Shown here piece after piece: positions 8,351-18,293 of a DNA stretch of 32,000 nucleotides. The stretch is from Candidatus Paracaedimonas acanthamoebae. Its GTDB lineage: Bacteria; Pseudomonadota; Alphaproteobacteria; Caedimonadales; Caedimonadaceae. The position numbers and the translations under genes were made by a program. The notes beneath the pieces were generated by a model. The model was not told the DNA's origin. It saw nothing but the letters and a program-made list of their open reading frames with translations, and did no database searches. The DNA lies in NCBI GenBank assembly GCA_000743035.1, contig CP008939.1:90001-122000 (forward strand). The letters run 5' to 3'. Within the stretch, counting starts at the first letter, position 1. Every line of letters begins with the position of its first letter.

Positions 8351-8979
8351 ATGGGACGAACATTCTTGCAAGAAAATAATGTGCCTTATGAATTAATAAA
8401 GTCACAATGGGACTTTGATCATAATAAAATACCATTTCCTGAAAAGCCTCACCTCTTAAAAAGGACCCTTTGATCATGAAAATGTAAAAAGGGACATTTT
8501 TGGTATGAGACTATTGAAGATAGGGCATATTATCAAAAATGTCCCATGTGTGAGACATCAAGACGTGCAACTGAAGTTTATAATTTACAGTATCTACGTC
8601 CTGATCTTGCAGCTCAACTCCATCCTACTAAAAATAAGAATATCCTAAGTGACAAGCTAACTCCACGCAGCAGTAAAACCATGTCATGGATCTGTGATAA
8701 AGGTCATGAGTGGGAAGCTAGAGTTTGTCTAAGGACTGAAGGTCAAGGGTGCCCAGAGTGTTGTAATAGAAAGGTTGGAAAAGGTAATAATCTTGCAGTT
8801 TTATATCCCAATGTGGCTGCTGAGTGGGATGATGAGGAAAATGGAGATCTAACACCTTCTCAAGTCGTTCCAGGTAGCCGTAAAAAAGTAGGATGGACGT
8901 GTAGTAAAGGGCATAAGTGGAAAGCAACCATCGCTTCGCGTATAAAAGGAAGGAATTGTCCTAAGTGCTGTAGGAGAGG
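8351..8979 (+). pseudogene. Decayed paralogue of the multi-zinc-ribbon gene: two in-frame TGA codons and a 3' truncation
   Basis: The same frame from ATG 8351 reads MGRTFLQENNVPYELIKSQWDFDHNKIPFPEKPHLLKRTL-TGA-S-TGA-KCKKGHFWYETIEDRAYYQKCPMCETSRRATEVYNLQYLRPDLAAQLHPTKNKN..., colinear with 2500-3999. The stops are at 8471-8473 and 8477-8479. The gene is cut at about 8980 by an IS fragment after three modules. Confidence 0.75.
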
Positions 8980-9108
8980 TGGTGATTATAGGCGCTATTA
9001 TGAGAAAGCTTCTTCATATTTGCTTTGGCGTCCTCAAGTATAAAACAGTTTTTAATCCGAAAATCCTTAAAATTAATCCTTGATCATTAACACAGTATCA
9101 GAACCCTT
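8980..9108 (+). mobile_element. IS110-family 3'-terminal fragment, copy A
   Basis: Encodes VIIGAIMRKLLHICFGVLKYKTVFNPKILKINP-stop, followed by TCATTAACACAGTATCAGAACCCTT. It is near-identical to the reverse complement of 26272-26400. Confidence 0.7.
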
Positions 9109-9448
9109 AAGAGAGCTTATAAAAGGTTTAACGGGGAAGGGGATAGGCATTCGATTTGAGAAAGAGCAATTAGTCTTTACAGGCGAGGACTCCCCCATGG
9201 CCAAGCTTCTTCTCTCCGTGATGGGAGCTTTTGGTGAGTTTGAGCGAGAACTCATCAGAGAGCGGCAGTTAGAAGGCATTTATCTTGCAAAACAGAAGGG
9301 TCTATATAAAGGAAGGAAGAAGAAGCTCAGTGAGGAAGCCATCGTAGAGCTTAAGGAGAAGATTTCTCAAGGACACAACAAATCAGCAATCGCCAAGGAT
9401 CTCAACATTAGTCGTGAGACTTTGTATCAATACTTGAGCGGTAGTTAA
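9107..9448 (+). pseudogene. Serine recombinase (resolvase/invertase) lacking the N-terminal catalytic-Ser region
   Basis: LRELIKGLTGKGIGIRFEKEQLVFTGEDSPMAKLLLSVMGAFGEFERELIRERQLEGIYLAKQKGLYKGRKKKL...SAIAKDLNISRETLYQYL matches resolvases from about residue 70 to the C-terminal HTH. The start is replaced by IS fragment copy A. Confidence 0.8.
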
Positions 9449-9571
9449 CGCGCATATCGTATTTTTAACATCTACATCCTAACTATGTCCAAAATTTAAA
9501 AAGCCTTATATTTTCTGAGCTAAATTACACTCATCATTTAAACTTGGGCACAAGCCTCTAATTAGATTAAC

Positions 9572-10888
9572 TCAAGGACCAGCCCTATGGAGAGTAGAGG
9601 GTGGGTTGTTTTCATCAGCATCATTTTTTAGTCTTTTAAAAAGGGATTTACTTTCATGCCTTATCTTACCCTCTGATTCTGTCTTGTTCTCTAATTCTGT
9701 ATAGCTTCTTTTGGTTCCAACGATTGATGTTATATCATCACTATTTATTTCAGGTGAGGGTTCTGCAAGGACGCCAAAATCTACGAGCCAGCCTTTTATT
9801 AAGTTATAATTCTCATGAGTTATCAAAATACCCCCATTCCATTTATATGATCCGTAAACCCCTGTTGTATGAATACCTATGCAAATGGGAGAATTTTTTT
9901 CTCCTACCCAAATACAGGAACCACTATTTCCATAAGTAGTATCTATATCATAGTAAATTTTATTGAGCTCTAGTTGTTTAATTAAGCCGCTCATAGTATA
10001 CATATAATGTTCCAATTCCCCTGGATAACCTGTAACATTTATTTCTTCATTTAACTTTGGAGAATGAGGGCTAATTGGAATATAGCCAGTTGTAAGTCCT
10101 ATCTTTTTTTCAAAATGAATCATTCCTAAATCGTGATTTGTGCTAGTCGAGGCTATCCATTGAGGATGGACTACATAACAACTAGAACGTGCCTTAAGAT
10201 GATATTTTTCTCCTTTTAAACCAGGATAAAACACAATTTGTGCAACTTTTCTATCTAAGTATGGAAATTTATTGTATTTCTCATCATCAAGATAGAGATT
10301 ATGGCCACATGTTAAGACATTTTGAGGACTAATCACTACTCCAGTACCTATAGCTACTATACTTTTTTGGGAGGGGTCAGTGCTATTAAAGTATAAAAAA
10401 AGCCTTCCATGAATTGATTGAGGAAATTTTTTAGCTTTCTTGACTTTTTTTCTACGATCGCGCCCGTCAGAAGAAATTATGGATTCATACCTAACGGAGG
10501 GTAATCCAAAATTAGCTAGAGCTCCTTCCTCTGGTTTAGGATCTTCTTTCTTTGGACCTTTTGAGATAAGAGAATGTAAATCTTGTTTAATAATATGCTC
10601 GGATATTGTTTCAAAATTAGAATCTTTAGGAGTTTTTACATAAAATCCTTCACCTTTATTGCCTTCTAATAGTGAAGCTGTTTTAATGGCATTATACTCT
10701 ACCTCAATATAAGCAAATTCTCCTTTACTAAAAGAAGCCCTACCTGGTTGGATATTAAAGGTTGGAATATACCCTCTCCCTAAAGAAAACTCGGCTTCTT
10801 TCTCAGGATGAAAATAATCATAAGATGAGAAACATGGATTAATAGCAAAAAAAGAGCTTAAAAAAATTGAAATTATTTTTATTTTCAT
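9572..10888 (-). CDS. Secreted trypsin-fold serine protease (S1B / V8 glutamyl-endopeptidase-like) with an N-terminal domain of about 170 aa and unknown function
   Basis: Signal peptide MKIKIISIFLSSFFAINPCFSS. Catalytic blocks are VLTCGHNLY (His), TNHDLGMIHF (Asp) and TYGNSGSCIW (Ser, GNSGS as in V8-type enzymes). Confidence 0.8.
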   Translation of the reverse strand: MKIKIISIFLSSFFAINPCFSSYDYFHPEKEAEFSLGRGYIPTFNIQPGRASFSKGEFAYIEVEYNAIKTASLLEGNKGEGFYVKTPKDSNFETISEHIIKQDLHSLISKGPKKEDPKPEEGALANFGLPSVRYESIISSDGRDRRKKVKKAKKFPQSIHGRLFLYFNSTDPSQKSIVAIGTGVVISPQNVLTCGHNLYLDDEKYNKFPYLDRKVAQIVFYPGLKGEKYHLKARSSCYVVHPQWIASTSTNHDLGMIHFEKKIGLTTGYIPISPHSPKLNEEINVTGYPGELEHYMYTMSGLIKQLELNKIYYDIDTTYGNSGSCIWVGEKNSPICIGIHTTGVYGSYKWNGGILITHENYNLIKGWLVDFGVLAEPSPEINSDDITSIVGTKRSYTELENKTESEGKIRHESKSLFKRLKNDADENNPPSTLHRAGP

Positions 10889-10907
10889 GAGTATTTCTTC
10901 ATATAGG

Positions 10908-10944
10908 GATTAATGTAATATTTAATTATTTTGATTAATGTAAT
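10908..10944 (-). repeat. Direct repeat GATTAATGTAAT x2 in the protease upstream region
   Basis: GATTAATGTAAT occurs at 10908-10919 and 10933-10944 (25-bp period), 20-56 bp upstream of the protease start codon at 10888. Confidence 0.3.
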
Positions 10945-10988
10945 TTATTCTAAAAGAGGAGTCTCTTCTTTAGATTTAGGATTTTTTT

Positions 10989-12119
10989 CTATTGTTTGTG
11001 GTTCTCTGGTAGGTATATTAACCATAATTGCTCTTTTATTTTCTTTTGAGGGAACAGGCCCCTCGATTTCATAATAAAATTTTCCAGAAAAATCATTTTT
11101 TTCTTAGATGGGAGTCGCAAAGTCTTGGAAGGAGAAGTTTTCATTTTGGGTGGTTGATACCCTTGCCCTAAAGTAAAGTGATGACCAGTTATTTTTTCTG
11201 AAGTTTTAAGAGGCTCATTACTTTTTTCCCTATCCTCAAGATCTTCCATTTGAGGGTGTTCATCTTTTATTATTTTTGATAACCTCTTGCATTTATCTGA
11301 AAAATCTTTTAGCTGAAGTGATGATGTAGAAGATCTGGTAAGAAAAGAAATATCTTGTTGCTTCGCACGGGTCTTTAATTTCTCTTCTGTTGTTTCTGTT
11401 GAACCTTTTTCTTCTTCTTGTTTTGTCAATCTTCTTCTTTTCCCTCTACCAACATATCTCATTGTATCTTTGTCTGAACAATCAAAATCATCAACTAAAA
11501 ATTTTTCTATATCAGCATCATCTTGTAACTCTTGTACCTCAGATAATGATGAAGAGAAAAATTCGTCTTGTTGTTCCTCACGGGCCTTTAATTTCTCTTC
11601 TGTTGTTTCTGTTGAACCTTTTTCTTTAAATCTTTTTGAAGGTCTTGGAGGTTTCATATAAGCAAGAAGAGATAATTGTTTAGAATTAGTAAGAAAAGAA
11701 GGGGTTAGGGTAGGAGACAAATTTGTTGATACTTTGTCAGATAGATCTAAAGATGTATGTTCTGATTTACGCTCTACTTGTTTTGATAATACTTTTCTTG
11801 ATTTGCCTCTCCTTTTCTTTTTTTCACGCCTCATATTATGACTTTTCCCTAGCTTTTCTGGGCTTTCATCATCATGTCGAATCAATAAACTTGTGCCGAG
11901 CGTCATAGGAGGATTAAATTGTATAGTTTCATGATGATCAATTCGAACTGGAACATTCTGTTCCGGTCCGTCCTGCTTTAAAGAATGGATACTACCTTTA
12001 TCCTTAGCCTCAGGCTCATCTTGGGGGCAAGAATATAAGCTTATACTAAATATTATATTAAGAATTGTAATAAGTAGTACACAATTTACCAGAGGGGAAT
12101 ATGCAGGTTTTACTTTCAT
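10989..12119 (-). CDS. Lys/Glu/Ser-rich low-complexity protein with N-terminal hydrophobic segment, internal repeat and basic NLS-like clusters
   Basis: 376-codon ORF. N-terminal VNCVLLITILNIIFSISLYSC. Repeats KEKGSTETTEEKLKAREEQQDE and EEKGSTETTEEKLKTRAKQQD. Basic clusters RREKKKRRGKSRK and GRGKRRRLTKQ. No recognisable family. Confidence 0.6.
   Translation of the reverse strand: MKVKPAYSPLVNCVLLITILNIIFSISLYSCPQDEPEAKDKGSIHSLKQDGPEQNVPVRIDHHETIQFNPPMTLGTSLLIRHDDESPEKLGKSHNMRREKKKRRGKSRKVLSKQVERKSEHTSLDLSDKVSTNLSPTLTPSFLTNSKQLSLLAYMKPPRPSKRFKEKGSTETTEEKLKAREEQQDEFFSSSLSEVQELQDDADIEKFLVDDFDCSDKDTMRYVGRGKRRRLTKQEEEKGSTETTEEKLKTRAKQQDISFLTRSSTSSLQLKDFSDKCKRLSKIIKDEHPQMEDLEDREKSNEPLKTSEKITGHHFTLGQGYQPPKMKTSPSKTLRLPSKKKMIFLENFIMKSRGLFPQKKIKEQLWLIYLPENHKQ
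11373..11626 (-). repeat. 41-bp exact direct repeat inside the 376-codon gene
   Basis: CTTTAATTTCTCTTCTGTTGTTTCTGTTGAACCTTTTTCTT at 11373-11413 is repeated exactly at 11586-11626 (213 bp = 71 codons apart). Flanking bases are also similar. Confidence 0.9.
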
Positions 12120-12259
12120 ATTTAAAACTCATCGAGGTTATACTAGTATTTCAGGTTTTTTAATATTAAAGATTAAAAACTGAGGGCCATTCCTTAAAAA
12201 GGGAGATATAAAATAAATTTTATTACATAATAGTATATAAAATTAAATTTATCAAATAT

Positions 12260-12273
12260 TGTGAAATTTCACA
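12260..12273. promoter_or_regulatory. Perfect 14-bp palindrome TGTGAAATTTCACA between two secreted-protein genes
   Basis: Read directly from the sequence. It lies about 140 bp upstream of the 376-codon gene start and about 50 bp downstream of the 470-codon gene stop. The TGTGA/TCACA half-sites resemble CRP/FNR-family sites but have a 4-nt spacer. Confidence 0.3.
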
Positions 12274-12320
12274 GGCCCTTACTTTTAGGTGATTAAAGGG
12301 TATTATGTTTATTTAACATC

Positions 12321-13733
12321 TCAGTTCCCTTTAAGCTTCTTTTTTACCTTTTTACTTTTATGGTGAGGAACATTAATTCCAATTATTTGCTGATCTTCTC
12401 CATTATTATCTGAAAATATGGGGAGGTAATCTGTCTTTTTTTTCTCTGCTGGGTCAACTAAAGCAAAGCGTGTAAATAGATTTATCTTAAAATAAAATAT
12501 GTCCTTAGTGTGCTCGGTAAGGCCTGAATATAGGCTTTCACTTGCTATTCCATGGTTAACCTTCCAAACCCAACGAAGTATATCAGTCTCAATTGAACCT
12601 TCTGGCAAGAAACCGTGAGTGCTACCTTCATGGTGTAAATTATTCAATATAACTTTCCATTTTATATAATTTTTTGAGCTCATTTCTGGAATAATATCCA
12701 TGTCTTCACTGGTCCTTTTAAAGGAAAAATTTGAAGTATAGCTTGTTGATCCTGATGCCGAAATATTTGCTGAGGGGCCTCCAGTTATTAAGTTAGCTGC
12801 AAGCCCTCCACCCATTGTTGCTGTGCATGTATAACCTTTTGTTAAAGTTACCTCTGTTCGACCAAGTACTCTTTCAGGGTTATAAGTCCAAACCTCAATT
12901 GGGCAGGTATTATGATTGATAAGGTTCCACTCTTCTGTTGCCCAATTATATTGAACAGGTTGCACCTGAAGTATAAATTCTTTAGGTAGAAATTTGTTTT
13001 CTATGAGCTCATCAGGGGTTGTAATTCGAAGATTGAGAGAAATATCATAATAATCATAAAGTTCTTTATCTGCTTCGCTTGTTGCAGAAAAAGCGACAGC
13101 AGACGGAATGATCTTAAATTCAGTTTCAGCTCCAGATGCTCCATCACAACATTTTTTCCAAGAAGAAAATCCTTTCTTATTGAGAGTTTCTTTAGGTATA
13201 CGATAAAGTTTGTTAAGGTTGGGAAGCGCTTTGGGGGTAATATTATTTCGATTAAGCGAAGACTCTTCTAAATCTTTAGCATTAGAAGATAGATCTACTT
13301 TGTGTGGTTTTTGCGGTTCAGATTGAGGGAGGCTAGAAGTGGGTATTTTAAGCTTCTTTGTTGGCTTATGAGAATTAAAAAAGAGTCCTTCGTTAGCCGG
13401 ACTTGCATCTCCTATTGTCTTTCCTTTAATATCGTTGGGGGTAGGTTTAGGTGGGAATGATAATGATCTTGTAGAGTCTAAGTCTTCTACCTCTTCCTCA
13501 TTAGCTCTATTATAGAAGCGAGAAGGATTCTCTTTAATTTCTGTATCGCTATCGCTTGCTAAAGATGATTGAGGGATAAATATTAATGAAATGAAGAGTG
13601 CACTAACCAATGGAAACCTAACAATAACGTTACTTTTCCTATGTAGCGTGTTTTGGATATAATTATTGCTATTAAAAAAACGAACAAAAAAATTAATGTT
13701 CATACTACCCCCCCCTAATAAGTTATTAAGCAA
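12321..13733 (-). CDS. Secreted protein of unknown family: Pro/Lys-rich linker plus a beta-rich C-terminal domain of about 270 aa with a Gly/Ser/Thr-rich amphipathic stretch
   Basis: 470-codon ORF; the likely start is MNINFF at 13703. Hydrophobic signal-like segment FPLVSALFISLIFIPQSSLA. The C-terminal domain contains TEVTLTKGYTCTATMGGGLAANLITGGPSANISASGSTSYTSNFSFKRT. Polybasic tail KSKKVKKKLKGN. Confidence 0.7.
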   Translation of the reverse strand: MLNNLLGGGSMNINFFVRFFNSNNYIQNTLHRKSNVIVRFPLVSALFISLIFIPQSSLASDSDTEIKENPSRFYNRANEEEVEDLDSTRSLSFPPKPTPNDIKGKTIGDASPANEGLFFNSHKPTKKLKIPTSSLPQSEPQKPHKVDLSSNAKDLEESSLNRNNITPKALPNLNKLYRIPKETLNKKGFSSWKKCCDGASGAETEFKIIPSAVAFSATSEADKELYDYYDISLNLRITTPDELIENKFLPKEFILQVQPVQYNWATEEWNLINHNTCPIEVWTYNPERVLGRTEVTLTKGYTCTATMGGGLAANLITGGPSANISASGSTSYTSNFSFKRTSEDMDIIPEMSSKNYIKWKVILNNLHHEGSTHGFLPEGSIETDILRWVWKVNHGIASESLYSGLTEHTKDIFYFKINLFTRFALVDPAEKKKTDYLPIFSDNNGEDQQIIGINVPHHKSKKVKKKLKGN

Positions 13734-14000
13734 GATAATAACCTACAATTTGAAAGTTTCCAAATATTAAACTACAGTTTTTAACCAGCTATATTTTAAA
13801 ACTCAAAAAAAGGAAGAGGCTGCAATAAGATGCCACTATTTAAAAATAAGTAAGATAACATTAATGATTTTTATAGTAATGAAAAGTTCGAATATATTGC
13901 TTATCGGAAGTTTTACAACTTTGAACTAAAGAAGTAGGCTTGAGTATAAATAACCTTGGATGCTTTTTGCAAAGAAGCATGATTTGATCTTTCCAGGATT

Positions 14001-14553
14001 TTACGGACACTCTTTTACCGGACAGCATTTTTTTTCAAACTCATTAGGCGCCATATAGCCTAGATAAGAATGCATCCTTTTATTATTATAAAATATTTCT
14101 ATATATTCAAATATCTCCTCCTTTGCTTGTTGGCGCGTTTCATAATGGTTGTTATAAATAAGCTCAGTTTTGAGGGTATGAAAGAAGCTCTCTACCACTG
14201 CATTATCATAACAGTTTCCTTTTCGACTCATACTACAAAGAACACCATAACGGCTTAAGCATTGTTGAAAAGCTAAGCTTGTATATTGGCTCCCTTGATC
14301 AGAATGATGCACAAGACCCCCCTTAATATCCCTTTTTCCTGCAGCTTGATTAAAAGCATTAATGACAAGCTGCTGCGTCATTCGATCTGCCATAACCATA
14401 CCAATGACTTTTCTTGAGAAAAGATCAAGAACAACAGCAAGATACAGCCATCCTTCTAAGGTTTTAATCTGGCTTATGTCAGATACCCACACTTGATCAG
14501 GAGCCTCAACCTTAAAGTTTCTCTCAAGACGGTTCTCTGCTAATATAGTTCAG
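14001..14553 (-). pseudogene. IS3-family OrfB, C-terminal (DDE core) piece
   Basis: TILAENRLERNFKVEAPDQVWVSDISQIKTLEGWLYLAVVLDLFSRKVIG...HHSDQGSQYTS...GNCYDNAVVESFFHTLKTE...YNNKRMHSYLGYMAPNEFE. Confidence 0.8.
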
Positions 14554-14633
14554 TGTCAACGACGGTTAAAAATTGATACAGCTTTTTAAAAAGCATCGGT
14601 TTAAATTTGATACACCTCTGCTAAAAATTTTAG

Positions 14634-16471
<1,838 letters not shown>

Positions 16472-16566
16472 TGAACCTCAACCTCCTCTCATGAGGAAAT
16501 TGTACCATCAGTGGGTGTATCATTTTTCAGCCGCTGATCTGTATCATTTTACATCCGTCGCTAACA

Positions 16567-16924
16567 CCAGCATTACCCTTGCTTTTAACCTTAAATCTCT
16601 TCTGCATTTTAGCGACAATTCTATGCGCTCGCATCAGTTTTGCCACACGATGACGGCTGCAAGAGATACCTTGCAAAATGAGTGTCGCATGAATGCGAGG
16701 GCTGCCATAAATCCCCCGGCTCTCTTCATAGGCTGTCTTAATAGCTTCAAGCAATTGAGCATTCTCACGGGCTCTCTTGCTTATCTTTCCTTTTGTATAG
16801 GAGTAATAGCCGCTTCTGGATACTTTAAAGACCCTGGACATCCGCTCAATCGTAAAAAGATGAGAATGGTGCTTCATAAAAGCAAACTTCATTTGCGGAC
16901 TGATGAGAATATGCCCAACGCTTT
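16567..16924 (-). pseudogene. IS3-family OrfB, N-terminal piece (HTH_21-type region)
   Basis: SVGHILISPQMKFAFMKHHSHLFTIERMSRVFKVSRSGYYSYTKGKISKRARENAQLLEAIKTAYEESRGIYGSPRIHATLILQGISCSRHRVAKLMRAHRIVAKMQKRFKVKSKGNAG, then the IS21 end. Confidence 0.75.
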
Positions 16925-16925
16925 C

Positions 16926-18290
16926 CTAAGAAACTCCCTGTACCAAGTCCTGCATTTTATTCTCTTGCAATATATAACCTAAAGCAGCAGCTCGCTTTGA
17001 TAAGTTATCAAGAACCCGCTTTTGATATCGTGCCTCATAGTAATTGGCACCTGGATCAACATATTGCATTCCATAACGCAGAGCATTAAAAAATAATACT
17101 GCCATTTTTCTAGCTGTTGCAGTAATTGCCTTTGATTTACCAATGCGAGCCGAGAGTCGTCTATAAAACGCACCAAGAGCCGTATTTGTCTTTCCAATTG
17201 TTACAGCAGCCAATCTTAATGCTGCTGCCGCACGACTTGAGGAACGCCGTGTTCGTGATGATAATACTTTCCCTCCTGATACCTTATTCCCTGGAGAAAG
17301 ACATAGCCAAGAAGTAAAGTGCTTGCTGCTCGGCCAGCGAGACATATCAGTGCCACATTCTGATATTAATTTTAAGGCTAATGAAGGTCCAACACCGTGT
17401 ATTTGTGTTAAGTCCATTCCTAATGCTTGGTAAAGGGATGCTCTTACATCAAAGCTTAAGCTATTAGGTTGTTTAGTGCGATGCCTGGCTTTGGGTAGAG
17501 GTTGATCAGGCAACTTATTATCTTTTCCAAGCAAGCTTAATGTCTCTTCTATTCGACGATCACACTCATTAATTTTTTGTGTGTAATAATCGAATAATTC
17601 AACAGCTTGAGTTAAAGAAAACAAATGCTCTTCTTGATAATTACCCTTTAAGGATTCCTCAATAGTTTTAATGGATTCCTTACAACGTATGTCTCTATGT
17701 TCTGCTAATACAGCAGGGCAACGTTCACCATTCATAATCGCACGAATGATCTTCATGCCTGTGGCTCCCGTTATATCCGATACGACATGATGCAACTGTA
17801 AGTTCATTTGCATTAAAGCTTTTTGCATATGCTGGATATGAGAGGCTCTGAATTCAAGCATACGTTCACGTTGTCTAATATAAGCACGTAGCACAGTAAT
17901 TTGTTTTTCTGGTCTGAAGCTAGCACGTAACAAACCAAATTGATGTAACCGTTGAATCCATTGCGCATCATTGACGTCTGTTTTACGTCCAGGAACATTT
18001 TTAGCTTCTCGTGGATTAACTAAAAATACCTCAAAACCATAATTCTCTAAGATCTCAAAAGCAGGAATCCAATAAATACCTGTGGATTCCATAGCAATGC
18101 TGGTGACCTCACAGCTTTTAAGCCATTTTGCCATAGCATGTAAATCTGTGGTAAAACTTTGAAACGTACGAACTGGTTCTTTTGCTTTATCACTCCCTAC
18201 AGCAACAACGTGAAACTTAGCACCAATATCAATCCCAGCAGCATTTTGATGAATAATTGGCATACTGGATTGTCTGTTAGATTGAGTCAT
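16926..18290 (-). CDS. IS110-family transposase/recombinase (DEDD domain plus C-terminal Ser domain)
   Basis: AAGIDIGAKFHVVAV, SIAMESTGIYWIP, GRKTDVNDAQWIQRLHQFGLL, ...IHGVGPSLALKLISECG..., CLSPGNKVSGGKVLS. ATG at 18290 (the track starts at GTG 18293) is preceded by AAGGAGAAGAGG. Confidence 0.9.
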   Translation of the reverse strand: MTQSNRQSSMPIIHQNAAGIDIGAKFHVVAVGSDKAKEPVRTFQSFTTDLHAMAKWLKSCEVTSIAMESTGIYWIPAFEILENYGFEVFLVNPREAKNVPGRKTDVNDAQWIQRLHQFGLLRASFRPEKQITVLRAYIRQRERMLEFRASHIQHMQKALMQMNLQLHHVVSDITGATGMKIIRAIMNGERCPAVLAEHRDIRCKESIKTIEESLKGNYQEEHLFSLTQAVELFDYYTQKINECDRRIEETLSLLGKDNKLPDQPLPKARHRTKQPNSLSFDVRASLYQALGMDLTQIHGVGPSLALKLISECGTDMSRWPSSKHFTSWLCLSPGNKVSGGKVLSSRTRRSSSRAAAALRLAAVTIGKTNTALGAFYRRLSARIGKSKAITATARKMAVLFFNALRYGMQYVDPGANYYEARYQKRVLDNLSKRAAALGYILQENKMQDLVQGVS

Positions 18291-18293
18291 CAC

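Noticed and set aside
8471-8479. Possibility that the two in-frame TGA codons mean TGA is read as Trp (alternative genetic code) or as selenocysteine
   Set aside because: TGA terminates several well-supported genes in the same window (umuD, phd, istA). Only one of the two TGAs aligns with a Trp codon, and no SECIS-like context is evident. A pseudogene is the simpler explanation.
9572-13733. Idea that the protease and the beta-rich protein form a bacterial gasdermin-protease defence pair
   Set aside because: From what I recall, bacterial gasdermin systems are cytoplasmic and their proteases carry sensor domains. Here both proteins have signal-like N-termini and the protease has no repeat or NTPase sensor domain. 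No gasdermin motif was recognised.
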